A stretch of 63,834 bases of DNA, the filler included, from Intoshia linei (taxonomy: Eukaryota > Animalia > Orthonectida), in assembly GCA_001642005.1 (NCBI GenBank). It is 5 parts of 5 records of this genome, joined end to end, with 100 filler letters (N's around TTAATTAATTAA, not from the genome) between each part and the next. Parts side by side here need not be neighbours in the genome. Positions count along the whole stretch, not along the records: positions 28,099 to 43,366 come from LWCA01000922.1; positions 43,467 to 61,843 come from LWCA01000773.1; 3 more parts are not named here. One strand, given 5' to 3'. Shown here in pieces: positions 39,761 to 53,804 of this stretch. Every line of letters begins with the position of its first letter. The stretch's first letter is position 1. The translations under genes and the position numbers were made by a program. Under the pieces are notes generated by a model. That model was not told the origin of the DNA, did not search any database, and was given only the letters and a program-made list of their open reading frames with translations.

Positions 39761-40316
39761 TTCTAATTTTGTGTGTGTGTATTTAAGCAATTTAATCATT
39801 GGTTGCATTTATTTAAATACATTCGGTAAATTCTGAATAGGAAGTCACGATTTTTCGAATAATTAAAAAACCAATTAATCTGAATTTTTTTTAACAAACT
39901 TTTGTAAACTAAAAAATTTCAATTTACCTAACAAAGCCCTTCAAGTTAGTTAAAGTTGTAAAATGTTTTTCAATTGAGATGGTTTACATTTGTTAAGTTG
40001 GCTTGGTCAAGAGCATTTAAATAATTCCTGAATTGATATGTCAATTAAGTTTTTACTTTCATCATCATGATTGAAATCGGTTTTAATAAGATATTATGAT
40101 TCAGTTCTCACTTGGATAAAATATCCATTCCTAATTTTTTCGAAATAAGTACAATTTTTTGGTTTAAATATTACAGTTGTAGTATTCATTCACGCTAACA
40201 CATTGAAAATATTGAAATTCATATTCTAGTTTCATTTTTATTAATTGTAAACTAAATGCGCTATAAACGTTTCATAATTGAAATCAGGATTTTCAATAAT
40301 AAAAATTTTAATAGTA

Positions 40317-40893
40317 ATGTACAAAAGTTTATCTGGTAGACTAACTGATGCGGCCCAAAAGCAATTAAGCCGAACGAGAAGATATCAAATTCTATGATAG
40401 TTCATTATAGGAGCATACGACTGCCTTTCTTCAAATCCACACATGACTGAAATTGCGTATGTAAGCTATACCAATGTACCGATGCTCTGTTCAGGTAAAT
40501 GATACTAGTTATTATTCCTCATACTATAACAAAGACTATGAAACAAATTCTACATTGGATTATAAATGTTCAATAATTAATGAAAATTTTACATCTACCG
40601 AATGTAAATATGGGTATGTCTATAACAAATACCCTGTAAATACGTCCATTACAACTGAATAGAATTTGGTTTGCAAAAATAACATATTACCAGAAGTTTC
40701 TTAAGCAGTTTTTAATGTTGGTGTAATGATTGGTGCAATAATATTTGGATTTTTGGCTGATAGATATGGCAGGAAGAAAATATTTATATTTAGTCTCATT
40801 ATTCAGTCAATAATTGGTATTTGTGTATCTTTTGTTACAAATTATTGGCAATTTGTGGTTTTACGAATATTTGTTGGCTGTTTAGAACAAGGG
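40317..40893 (+). pseudogene. SLC22 organic cation/anion transporter pseudogene (exon 1 duplicate)
   Basis: Paralogous to 41453-42031. Stops TGA TAG at 40395-40400, a frameshift, TAG replacing Trp (TTE*), and TAA replacing Gln. It ends at the same splice donor. Confidence 0.85.
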
Positions 40894-40934
40894 GTAATAT
40901 TTAAAATGGGTGTCTACTTAAATCCCAAGAAGGC

Positions 40935-41230
40935 CCTGAAGATATAATTTTTTTAAATTTAAATTGATAATAATCTTTATGATTTTAAAATCTGTATCAG
41001 CGTATATATTTTTTTAAATTCTCCAACTTGTTTGATTTTCAAAAAAAAATAATTGGGGTTTTTGACCCGTAAGATGTGAGTTTGGGAGGATGAAATTTAT
41101 CTTATTATATGTCCCGGAAAAAACTGTAATTGAAATGTAGACTTTATAAAATTCTAAGACTGGTAGTTATTTCAATAAAGTGGAACACACACACAAACAA
41201 ATATTGCGTAGCATATTAAAAAAATAAGGA
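40935..41230 (-). mobile_element. 5' part of Helitron-like family
   Basis: Near-identical to 96-383. A|TCC terminus at 41230. Confidence 0.65.
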
Positions 41231-41452
41231 TTTTGATCAGAATGTGTAGGGTACCTAAGATTTGTGTCGTGCATGTAGGTTAATGTAAAAATTATATGCT
41301 AATTATTACAAGATAAAAATGATATATACAAATTTTTATTCGAATTCACTTTAGTTTTACGAATAGTATGATCATTTGAATGACACTAGGTTAATTGAAA
41401 ATTTTTATTGTTTTTAAAAGATTCATCTGTTCATTTTTTTATTTAAATTCAA

Positions 41453-42901
41453 ATGTCGACAAGTATATTGGGTAAAATAACCTACGTTGCCTTAAAGCAA
41501 TTGAAACATACTAGAAGGTACCATATGTTGATATACGTAATAATTGGTATATATGATTGCATAAATTCGGCCCCACATATGACTGAAATTGCGTTCATAG
41601 GGTATACACCAAAACATCGTTGTGCTGTAAATATTAACGACACCAGCTATCATTCAAAGTATTATAATGCCAAGTTTGCTGCAAATTCATCGTTGGATTA
41701 TAAGTGTTCAATTATTAGCGACAATTTTACTTCATCTGAATGCAAATATGGATACGTTTATTCAAAACAGCCAATTCGTTCATCTATTACCACTGAATGG
41801 GATTTGGTGTGTAAGCGCAATATTTTACCAGAGGTTTCTCAAGCGGTATTTAGCGTTGGAGTGATGATTGGAGCAATAGTGTTTGGGTCTTTGGCAGATA
41901 AATATGGCAGAAAAAGAATTTTCATTTCATGTCTTATTTTTCAGTCGTTGATTGGAAGTTGCGTGTCCTTTGCAACAGAATATTGGCAATTTGTTGTATT
42001 GAGAGTTTTAGTGGGATGCTTGGAACAAGGAGTAATATTTTGACTTATTATACATTTTTATTGTAATTGTTAATGTTATTAAAAATTTAGGTAAATATAA
42101 TTGGATATATTCTAATGCTCGAATTGTTTCTTGAACGAGAAAGAACTATTTTCGTTTCTTCTTATGCTCAGTTTTGGGCTGTAGGTGGCATGTATATGTC
42201 GTTATTAGCCTATATATTTCGAGATTGGCGTCCATTGCAATTTGCAATATCGAGTCCATGGATTTCTGCGATAGTTCTGATTTGGATATTACCGGAATCA
42301 ATAACATGGCTAATTTCAAAAAATAAAATTGAAGAAGCTGATCAAATTTTACAGAAATCGACTCTCTTTTATAAAAATTACACTATAGAAAAAAATTATT
42401 TGAAAAAATATAAAAATAGTCTATCGCTAGATAAAAATTCTTTGTTTAAAACAGAATTGTTCAACCATAAAACTAAGCCTATAAAATATAATGCTTCTCA
42501 TCTATTTAAAACACCAAATGTACGGAAAATTACTATATGCGTTTGTATTTTATGGTTTTTCAATGTAGTTACTTATTTTGGATGGTCATTTCATTCACCA
42601 AATCTTTATGGAAATGTATACCTAAATTTCTTTATTGGTCAAGTGGTTGAGTCTATTTCGTTCTTTATTACAATGGTTTTAATTTCACGGTATGGAAGAA
42701 TCAAAATAGCCGCAATTTTTCACATTGTTGCAGGTATTGCATGTATAGTTGGAGTCTTTATACCGGGGACAATATACGAGTATAACATACGATGGATACA
42801 AATTATTTTTGTCATGATTGCTAAATTAGGTTTCAGTATTACGGGAGAAATTATTTACATGTATACTCCGGAAATTTTTCCAACTTGTCTTAGAACTACT
42901 G
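41453..42901 (+). CDS. SLC22-family MFS organic cation/anion transporter, 3' end missing
   Basis: Exons 41453-42031 and 42091-42901 contain SITTEWDLVC, GSLADKYGRK, RDWRPLQ, LPESITWL and YTPEIFPTCLRT. The last TM segments are probably in the gap at 43367. Confidence 0.88.
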
Positions 42902-43366
42902 GTAATTTAAATATTTTCTCAATTTAAAAACCAATAAGTTAAATTTAATGATATCGGTAATTATATTTAAATAATGTACAGTATTGGCCATATAATTATA
43001 ATAATTTGATATTTATGTATTAGGTCATTTACAAAGTAATGTCGTTTTTATAACTATAATTAAAACTTCTATAATAACAATTTTGATATAACCTTTATTC
43101 TACAAAATATTATTACATTCAACAATTTTTCTCCAACGTTCCGGTAGCTTCTTAATTTCATTTTGAAAAAAACTGACTTTTATTTGTCAAAAAGTTATCA
43201 ATGTCAGATTTTAAATGCTTAATTAAATCGTATTTTTTTCTATGGTTAATGGTTACTCATCGATCTAAAAAGGTGATAGTTAGAAGGAGCAATGCCTGGA
43301 GATTATGGTGGCTGATCTAATACCTCATAATTAAGGTCCATTAAATGTTTTCTAGTCTTTATAGCA

Positions 43367-43466
43367 NNNNNNNNNNNNNNNNNNNNNNNNNNNNNNNNNN
43401 NNNNNNNNNNTTAATTAATTAANNNNNNNNNNNNNNNNNNNNNNNNNNNNNNNNNNNNNNNNNNNN
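43367..43466. other. Scaffold gap
   Basis: N run with TTAATTAATTAA linker. Confidence 0.97.
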
Positions 43467-43502
43467 TTCTATGTTGAAAAAAAGAATAATGCTATACTAA
43501 CT

Positions 43503-43865
43503 ATTGAAGACGAAATTGTTGATTTTAATGGACACATCCAACTTAATTATTCATCAAATATTTTGTTGTTTTGAAAAGATAATTCAATAAAATTAAATAT
43601 TATTGCACAGAGCATTCTCTTCATTCCAATTTCCCAGGTATCTGTGGAACGAGCTGTGTCAGACCTAGGAATTGTTTTCAGCTCAAAGAAGACGAAACTT
43701 AATTCCAATATAATTGAAGATATACTATTCTTAAAAATTAATAGACGTTTCAATAAATGATTTACTATTTTACTTACTTTTTTTGTCTACCATTGTAAAC
43801 CGTTTCATCAACCGGGAAAACCACCGCAAAATTCTCCCGGTTTTGTCAACCAGTTTTCACCTCTG
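43503..43865 (+). mobile_element. hAT transposase dimerisation-domain remnant and right end
   Basis: ILLF*KDN..IAQSILFIPISQVSVERAVSDLGIVFSSKKTKLNSNIIEDILFLKIN, followed by ccgg-rich subterminal repeats and the end ttttcacctctg. Confidence 0.75.
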
Positions 43866-44383
43866 ATAACAACTAATCTAGGAACAACTAGCTTTAAGAT
43901 AAATTTGAAAAAGTGTGTTGCTATATTATACAATGTGTGTGAAGAACCATACAATATTCAAAAAGATGTTGCAAACGTTATTAACTGCATTTCAAAGTGT
44001 ATATACATTGACATCACACCTCAATCATACATCTCTTAAATGATTCAACAATTTATGCATTTATTATTGAAATAAATAGTTGTCATTATTCTTATACTGT
44101 AAAAATAAACTGCTTTACAGTAAAGATAATATTTAAGTAAAGTTACTCTTTAGTGTACGCTAACATATACATGTATATTATTGTAATTTATTAAAATTGA
44201 CATCAACGCATTTTTTTATGGTATATACCTTTTTCACATAAATATGGTCTCTAAACATTAAAAACACTACATTTTTGAATGCTATTAAAATAGTTGTTAA
44301 CATGGGCTGTTTTTTAGACAGTAGCGATGTCTTTGTTAACAGCATTTGAGCCATCCCTGCGCATAATATACAATAAATTTTAC

Positions 44384-46302
44384 CTTATCCAATTGAAGCT
44401 TTGAAGTAATTTCTTTAAATATGATTCGCATTCGAAAATACATGGAAAATTTTACATGATTACAGTAGTACAATGGTTTCTACAATATTGTTATATGAAT
44501 GAAAAGGTAATATATATATAAAATATACAACTACCACATTGATTGTTTTGTACTTCGTACAAACAGCACCTAGCTCTGCCGAGAGATTTATGATAAATTT
44601 AAAAATTAATGATAGTTTGGTGTACCAAACCTACTATAGGCGAGACCCTTTTTAGTGAGCTTGACGTAATTTTTTTAAATGGGGGGGTCATTTTTTCAAT
44701 TCAGGCATTGAAAAAAAATTATTCTTGAATATGACAACCATTTTGTGTTAAATGTAAAATATCAAGTCAAGAGCATTGTAAAGGTGACTAAGGTTATGAG
44801 TCATAACTTATGACACTAACGAAAATAAAATATACCGGAATATTAACAGGTTTCAACATATCATATTGTATTTCTAAAATAAAAATTATTTCACTATATT
44901 AACATGTAAATTAATTTAAAACTACAGTACAAAATTTTGGATATAAGTAAATTATCAATGATTAAAAATCAAATTTAATGAATTTTAAAATTAATATTTA
45001 TGAGAAAATGAATGAAAACAAAAACCTCCAAAATGACCTATACAACGAGCCTATTTTTAATTTTCGTATCTCCAAAATTTTTCCGCAAACAATGAGGAGT
45101 AATCGACCGAGCAACATCTCCGACGATCATAACATGACAGTTAAATTTAAAACATAAAATAGTAATGATAATTATCAATATATTACAAAGTATTTTGGAA
45201 AAATGTGTGCTACTTTACAAAAATTTCGTCGACGCATGTGATAAGTCGTCTTGGGTAAGGTAGATTTGGATCTGTGTCAACACCCATATATCATATACTT
45301 ATAAAATCATCGTTTTTAAAAATTATTAAATGTAAATAAACATTTGATGAGGATCGACAGTTTGGAAAAATCCTTGGTTCATACTGCTCCAAAGTAACAA
45401 CTATTGAGAAACACTGCTTTAAATTAAAATATTACCATTATAAAGTAGAAATTTTTCTTGTATCAATACATTTATAAATTCCATTTTTTCTAAAAAAGAT
45501 AAAAAACATAAAACATTTAAAACCTAAACTATTTTTGTAAGTATTATTGTCTATCTTTAAGAGGTAATTGTTGCCATAAATTAAAAAATCTTTAAAAAAT
45601 TGGGATTTTTTTTGATAAATTTGATCAATGACATCAAAATACATGGGATAATACATCAATTGTAAAATTTTATCATTTTTAAAGGCATAACAAATTTTAT
45701 CACAATGACTAAATTTTCCGAGAACGCCATATGAATACAATATTGCCAAATACTTTTTAATCTAAAAATTAAATTACTATCCATTAACTACTTAACTGGC
45801 CAATTTTTAATAAAATAGACCTGGATCGCGATTCGCAATCTAGTTTTTCTTTAAAAGCGGGAAAAACAACAAAAATAAAAATATCCCTTTTCATAACCAA
45901 GCTCATTTTCAAAAACAAACATTTACATTGTAACTAAGAAAACAACCGGTATAATTATTATGGGATACAATTTTACTATATAACCTAAAAAATACAAATA
46001 AAAATTAAAAGAAATTATATCGGAAATTGAACACATCACACCGTAGTCTAACATTCTCAAATTCTTGAAATATCAAATTAAACTAATTATAAGTAGAAAA
46101 TTCACTTTTTCAAAGTGTTACATTTAAAAATTACATAAATTTCTTCTACATTTGGAAATTTTTTAACAATATCAGAATAGGATAAATGCAAATAATTATC
46201 AATGGGATTTTCATATAATTTTCCTGCAAATTCTCCAAATTTATCGACAAGAATTAATCTTAAATAATTGTTTAGTAATTTTTCAATACAAAAGGATTCC
46301 AT
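44384..46302 (-). CDS. POLR3C: RNA polymerase III subunit RPC3 (POLR3C/RPC62)-like, N-terminal half
   Basis: Phase-compatible exons 46302-46135, 45761-45524, 45489-45436, 44873-44836, 44479-44384. LILVDKFGEFAGKL, IKKYLAILYSYGVL, ILQLMYYPMY, FFKDFLIYG and LYYCNHVKFSMYFR align by eye with RPC62 winged-helix motifs (EHFGE, VKKALCVL, LRYPRY, ELLLNG, WQANLDRFHQHFR). Confidence 0.6.
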
Positions 46303-47028
46303 AGTTTAATTTTGATCAAAAGTTAATTAAAAGTTTCCATGGCTAATCATTTATATTATCACAGAAAGTAATCATGTTACATGTCAAATTGACATTTGTT
46401 AATTACTCACACATAATTCGCAATATTTAGAATCCCAACTTGGGAATCCCTTGAATAATTAAATATTAAGATTAACAAATAAATTAATTAAATATGTAAA
46501 TAAATATTTATCGTGAGTCGATAGTTTATTTCCACGTATGGATCTGATAGATAACTTGAATCAAGTTAATTGATGGTAGAGTTGCCAAATATAGTTAAAT
46601 TCTTTATTTAAAAACGATCATTTTGAAATCTGTTTTTTCAAACTGTACTCTGTACAGTTGTTTTTTGATGAAATAGTTCCATACATTAATGATAAATTGA
46701 ATTCCAACAATTGAAAAGAATGTGTATTTTAATTGAATTCGTGGAAAATTAATCATAATAAACATAATCTTAATTTTTAAAATTCACCTAGGATAATAAA
46801 TAAAATACAATCTACTACGAACGCAGATAAAATAATGATATCAGTGAAATCACCAAATTAGATTTTTTACTTTACATTTTTAAACTGAACCTTTTAAAAA
46901 TCCTACATTTCTAATCTTTATTTTAAAAAAACGTTACACATTTAAATATTGTTATGACAAATGTATTTTTAATTTTAATTTTTGATATTTATGTATAAAT
47001 ATAAAAATCCATAAAACACTAAGCAAAA

Positions 47029-50000
47029 ATGGCTAATGATAAATTTAATCAACAAATTCTCAAGAAAATGAAGAAATATTTTGGATTTTCCAAGTATAAA
47101 TCAGATATTCAACGTGAAGTAATCGAAACGATATGTTTGGGTAATTACTTATTTATGTATCGCTATTTTACAGGTAAACCTCGATTGGTGAGATTAATAA
47201 ACTTAGAGCTGAGTTTCACCCATTTGTCTATCAGTTTTTTTTTCATTTTTTCATTAAAACAAAATTATCATGATCATATGGATTCCCACGGCCGCAAGTT
47301 GTGCACACTGTTTATTAATGTATTCTAAAAACGGCAAAAATATTAATCATATTTATGGATTTCATTTTTAGATGAATGCAATGTATTAGTTTCAATGCAC
47401 ACAGGTTCAGGTAAATCATTGTGTTTTCAATTGCCAGCTATAATGAAAGAAAATAAAGTGACATTAGTAATATCTCCATTATTATCATTGATACAAGATC
47501 AAGTGAGTAAATTAAAAGAAATTGGTATTATGGCTGAATCAATTAGTTCTAGGAAAAATAAAAAGGAATCTGACGATTTAATTGAAAATTTACAAACAAA
47601 ATGTCCGGAAATAAATATATTATATATTACACCAGAAAGATTTTCAAACAAAAATTTTAAAAAAATTATCAATATAATGTTTATCAATGACACTATTGGA
47701 TTTGTTGTTGTAGATGAAGCTCATTGTGTTTCGCAATGGGGTCATGATTTTAGAGAAGGTAAATTTCATTTATTTACCTGTTATTTATTCAATGACTAGT
47801 GGTTTAATATAATTTACTGGGATGACTGTTATGTACTACTTACAAACAACACATAGCTCTGCCGAGGGCACATTTTTATGCTACCAAAAAAATAAACTCA
47901 TGTTGAAAATCTAACTTAAAAATCCTACTATTCACTATTATCAATCCTTTAATTGAAAATCTAACTTAAAAATCCTACTATTCACTATTATCAATTCTTT
48001 AAAGGATAAGCTTGTTTCAGGTGGAACCGTCATATCACATTACTTTTTAGTTTAAGGTGAATTATTCCATCTTAATTTTATTTAACATTTGCGTAAAGAA
48101 TTTTAAAAACAATTGTTATCCCATTTTTTTAATTTATTAGACGAATGTGTGTATAATATTAAAAATGAAGTAAAAACAGTCCAATCTTAAAAATTGTCAT
48201 AAATAGTATAAATTCCAGAAAAAATTAAATTATAAAAACATATTTTGTTTGAAAAAAATTGCAAAGGAATGAATTATATAGATTTTAACCCATATTTCTT
48301 TATTGGAAATGAGTAGACGTTCAATCAACATTTTTTTGAAATTGTAGGATTAATATTTACATTTTCAATTTTTATTTAAATCGAAATTTAATTTGAAAAA
48401 TATTGGTTGATAATATATTAAAAATTATTTTTCACCGGGAATGGGTAGATTTCTGGGGTTGAAATTTTGTATTTATATCAACTGGAATAAGCTCTATCAG
48501 AATAATTAATTTCCGGACCGTTAATTATTTTACATTTTTTGTTTTAATAAAATATTTTGGAACATCACCATTCGATAAGTGAATAATTTAGGGTTAAAAT
48601 GATTTCAAAATCCCTGCTTAAAATTAACATTAATTTCCTAATAACCAGTACATTAGGGTGTTAACGTTTTAAATTTTTTTTTAGATTTTTAGATTTTTCA
48701 CATCGCACAGGGATAGTTCAATTCACATTAATAAAATAAAATTAAAAACTGCTCAATTTTAGTATATAAGTAAGGATTGAGTCTGTAGGAAGAAGCTAAA
48801 ATTTCAGAAAATTTTTAATAAATATTATTATCCTTTATTTATATAAAATTAATCATGTTTAGAATTAAAAAAACCCAATTTCTAACTCAGTTTTTCTCAA
48901 ACCGTGTTTATGTCTATTTTTCAATTTCTGAATTTGCGTCCTTTAGGGTCAAAAACCCAATTAACTAATTTTTTTTATATAATAAAGATAATTGATTATT
49001 TTAGTGTCATTTCGAAATTTTTGTAAAATTTGCTTTTAATTTTTTAAATTTAACATTAAAAAACTATATTCATATTGCATAACTATTCTGTGTGTTATAT
49101 TTTAAATACCATATCACAAGCCTTCGATAGGTGGCCCTGGGCACAGTAAAGGGCCGGAGGCCCTTTAAAGTTTTGAGTGAAGCAAAAAAGTATTTCGAGC
49201 GAAGCGATAAAAAAAATTTAAGGTCCTTTTTTTGAAAATTAATAAGAAAAAATCAAAGATTTCCTACTTTCTTTTTAAATATTCAGTTAATAGAAAGGTT
49301 TCAATGTTTAATATTATCATTTGAAACAGTTTTTATGTCAATATTATATGATGAACAATGGTTATTGAACATTGTAGAATATACTTTAAATTGAATATTT
49401 ACCAAAAATTTAATTTTTTAAACTATTTGAATTCTTACGCTTCAAAACTTATAAACTGTTTTTTATGATATAAATATGAAGTATTTTTTAATAAATTGGG
49501 GCCTCTTTTTAAGATATAAGTGTGAAGTACTTTTATTAATTTGGGGGCTTTTTTTAATGAGTGGCCCTGGGTTACAGCCCATATTGTCCATATCTTAAAA
49601 CGACTCTGCTGGTTATGTGGCACTGCATCATTTGCAAAAAAAATTTCAGCGGTCTATTTTTTTGTTTCGGGTGCGTCGAGATTGGTTTAACGTTATATAT
49701 TATATTTGTTTATTAATATTTATTAGATTACCTAACCATTGGAAAAACAATGGATTGTTTTTTGCAGTCATTCCCAGAACGAAAAATAAAAATGTTGGCA
49801 TTTACAGCATCAGCAAATGATCGTGTAAATAAAGATATAATTGATATTTTAAAAATGGATAATGTAAAAAAATTTAAATCTAGTACATTTCGAAAAAACT
49901 TAACCTATGATATTGTCTATAAAGATTTGATCAGTGATGCTTGGCTGGATTTGAAAAATTTTATAAAAAATTTTTATACTCAATATACCCAACCTTCAGG

Positions 50001-53000
50001 AATAATTTATTGTAGAAAACGAGAAACTTGTCAAGAAGTAGCAAAATTCATAAACAAAAATTTGAGTGGTAGTATGGTATCTGCAGCAGCATATCATTCC
50101 GGGCTATCTACTGCAACAAGACTGAAAACTCAGAATAATTGGTCAATAAATAAAACAAAAATTGTGTGTGCAACAATAAGTTTTGGTATGGGCATTGATA
50201 AACCCGATGTTCGATTTATTGTGCATTGGAATACACCTAGTTCAATTTCGTCATATTATCAGGAATCGGGTAGGTCAGGTCGTGATGGTAAGGATTCCAT
50301 TTGTAGATTATACCATTCTCATAAGGATAAAAAGGCGTTGAGATTTTTATTATCAGCTACACCTAAAAAGTTTTTTAAAAGTACTTCTACTTTGGACCAA
50401 AAACAACACAAAATTCGTGAATTTGAAGATTTTGTAAATTTTATTGAATCTACTGAATGTAGACATGTTCAGTTTAGTAAATATTTTGATGATGTAGATA
50501 TTATCGAGCCCTGTCAAAATAAATGTGATGTGTGTCTAGATTTTAAAAAGACAAACAAAACTCTGTCAAAATTTTTAGCGCATATTTCTACACCTCACCA
50601 AACCATTAAAATGACTAAAGGTGGTTGTCAAGCTCAAGATGCGGATGAATATGGCATAGCTGGTTCAATGAATAAAAGAAAAATGTCTTTTTTGAACAAA
50701 CAACAAGTTGACAATTCTAATGAAGTTGCGTCAAATTTAATGTTTCTACGTAAGGAATTGCAACGTAGGGCTGAATTTAGTGTTCCAGGTTATATTTTAG
50801 ATAATTGGGAAAATTTTGATCATATTATTGAATGTAATTCAAAAAAGGTTAAAAATCTCACTTCTCAGGCTAGAAATGTATCATTTAATCAAGTTCTCAA
50901 AGCTTTCGAAAAAAATGTAGAAAGTCTGGATTTTTCTACTCTAATTTCAAGAGATATCCTTTCTGCTTTCGTTTCTATACGTGAATTTGAAATTTTTTCG
51001 AAATCTATAGATTTCCATCTTTACAGAACTAAAATTACAAAATTGATTATTTCGTTAAATAAATCTACTACACTTAAAAAGTGTCATGAATTTGTTCAAC
51101 TTGTGTTAAATGAATCTAAAATACAGTCTATTGATAAAATTATTTCGAATCTTGATGAAGATGGTGATGGGAGCAGTGTCGATACAGGTGATTTAATTGT
51201 ACATAATTCGGATTCCCTTAAATCTACTAGTGATTTATGTGTTATTAATCACGGCGAAAATCAAAATTCTGAGCCAGAATGTATGGTGAAGGAAATTAAA
51301 GATTTTAATTGTACAAATGTATTAAAATCAATAAATAAAGTGGAATTTTGTAACGAGTCTTTGGATTTTGATGAAATGACCGAACTATTGATGGATAAAA
51401 ACAAAAAGTTTGTGTCACCCAAAAAAACACTAGTTAAATATACTGGATTATCTGAAAATTCAGATTTTGTTTCTGCTTCGAAAATTTTGAAAAGAGAAAA
51501 ATCTCCACTTTCAGACCTGATTGATAAGGTTGAGACTACACCATTAAAAAAAGATAAATGCTATCTCAATGTGTCTTTTAAGGCACAAAGTGTTACTATT
51601 AATACTACTATGGATCAAATTGAACCTTTCAGTAAAAAAATTAAAACTGTTGGAGAACCCGTTATTCTCAGTAAACTTGGAAATTTGGTAATTTTTATTT
51701 TTTAGGATGACTGGTTGAGTTTGAGGGTTACTCATTAAATGTATAACTTTGAATTGCAGATACAATATAATGTAGTGATTAAATAAATTTCAAAATAATA
51801 TAAATTTTCTGTAGTCTCCTGATGGGAGTCCTGAGGCTAACGTTGACAATTGTCATTGTGATGATTTAAAATTTCATAATTTAAATTAAAATGTCATGGG
51901 GTAGTATTAGTAATCCCAAGGCGGTTAAGAGATAGTATAGGTACATTGTATGATGTTAATTTGGAGTTTTTAAATTGATTATTTATTTAGAGTAAACGTT
52001 CTATGAATAAACAAATTTCTAAAAATCATATTGTTAAAATTGTGGTACCCTGTTTATCGAAATATTATAGCAAACGTCAGTTTGTTAACAAGAAAGAATT
52101 CAAATCTGTTGCCAAAATGATTACTGATTTATTTGTTTATTATTCTTTGGATAATGAAAAAGGTTTGTATTTTTTATTTTAATTTTAATTGATAAATTGC
52201 TTATCTCATTTTGATACATGTATGATGGTATTGTAGTATTACGACTTATATACACCAAATGTATGACAAAATGGGATATACAATGTACTACTGACTTATC
52301 CTGGATCACGGAGTGGGGCTAGGGATGTATGATGCCCCTGATCATCACAGGTCTATTATTCTAAATTATTGGTGATTTTAGAAAAAATGTAAAACGTGAT
52401 GAAATTTTTTTATTCCAGCAAAGGATAACGCAAAAAAATTTTTGCCAACCGCCAAAACATGTATTTACAAAACTATGAATAGAAGAAACAAAAAATACAT
52501 TTTAATTTGTATACAATTTTTATCTGGCCCGCAAATTCTTCTAGCTTATTCTGCCTCAGTGTCAATAAGTTTGATGCTCATTGAATTAAAATTTTAATTT
52601 ACATTTGTACTTTATAATGAATTAATTTAATTACGTAAAATTGGAGATGACAAAATGTAATGGATTTCTCGATCAATGTTATTTATAATTATTTCAAGTC
52701 TAATTCGGGGGAAATGTATTCAGAACTTTACATTGACTCTATAGAACGGATCCTATGTCTGTTTTTCAGAAGGGCTTTTTTTTAATATAAAAAAATTTTG
52801 AATTGTAACGGCCACAATTTTTATTTCTTGTTAGAAAATTTGTACAATAAAACTTTTTTAAACAAAATACAACATTTTAAAATAATTAAAAATATTAGAC
52901 AACATGGCATTTCAAAAAATTTTTAAAGGGGTCACAAAATGACTCGCAGAACACAGGTTAAGAATTACGACGATAGAACTGTATAACCTTGATTAATACT

Positions 53001-53213
53001 GTATTTATTATTGAGGTATGAGACCCTGCAATGTATTTTTAACAAATGTTGGCTCTACATATATATATATATAAATATTATTTATTATAAAATTTAGAAA
53101 TCAAACAAATAATTCAATTAAAGGCTGATTTTATATTGAACAACGACAGAAAACTTGACTGTAACTTATATGACGAATGTGAACAATATTTGAAAGACAT
53201 AAATTCTTGTTAA
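47029..53213 (+). CDS. RECQL5: ATP-dependent DNA helicase RecQ5
   Basis: Exons 47029-47140, 47372-47758, 49727-51687, 51991-52162, 53098-53213. Motifs [48 protein letters not shown], Zn domain CRH..C..CDVC, and a C-terminal SRI-like [21 protein letters not shown] that is diagnostic for RecQ5. Confidence 0.9.
47817..48560 (-). mobile_element. 3' portion of Helitron-like family in RECQL5 intron
   Basis: Bridges the 32720-33082 copy (inverted) and the 5304-5590 copy. Contains a ~50-bp tandem duplication at 47903-48000. Confidence 0.65.
49118..49608 (-). mobile_element. hAT element related to 6182-6758
   Basis: The minus strand starts cagagtcgttttaagatatggacaatatgggctgtaacccagggcc, matching the left end of 6182. 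The other end matches the 6668-6740 subterminal region. Confidence 0.75.
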
Positions 53214-53804
53214 ATTTGTATAGATATTTATTGTTTTGAATTTTAAACAATGTAAATAAAATTATTTTAAAATATTCATTAGGCCTGCGTAGTTCAAGAG
53301 ATGTGCCACTATTTTACATTTTTTTAATTTTTAATTTTTCTAAAAAAAAAATTTTAATGTAATTTTAGTTTATTAATTGTAATAGTGGTCACTCTTAAAG
53401 GTCAAAAGTGAGCGCCTAAAATTGCTTTTTATCAAAATTTTATGAATTTATTTACTTTAATTTCTCTCAAGAAATATGAATGACATCACAACTTACATAT
53501 AAATTAGTTTGTATAATTTTGATAGAAAAACAAAATTATTTTTTAATTTTTTTTTCCTCCAGGTTTAAAAACACTAGTATACGTCAATATTGAAAGTTCA
53601 ATTTTACAATGTAATTTACATTCAAAAAACTAAAATGTTTGATTAAACTTTAATTTATAGACATTGATGACATCAATATTGATTTTATGACAAAGAATAA
53701 ACTAAAACCGCATCTAAGGTTAATATTAGGTATAAAGTTAGTATTTAATTTAATATATTAACATAAATTTATATTATTGCATTTATTTTGCAAATTTCAC
53801 AAAA

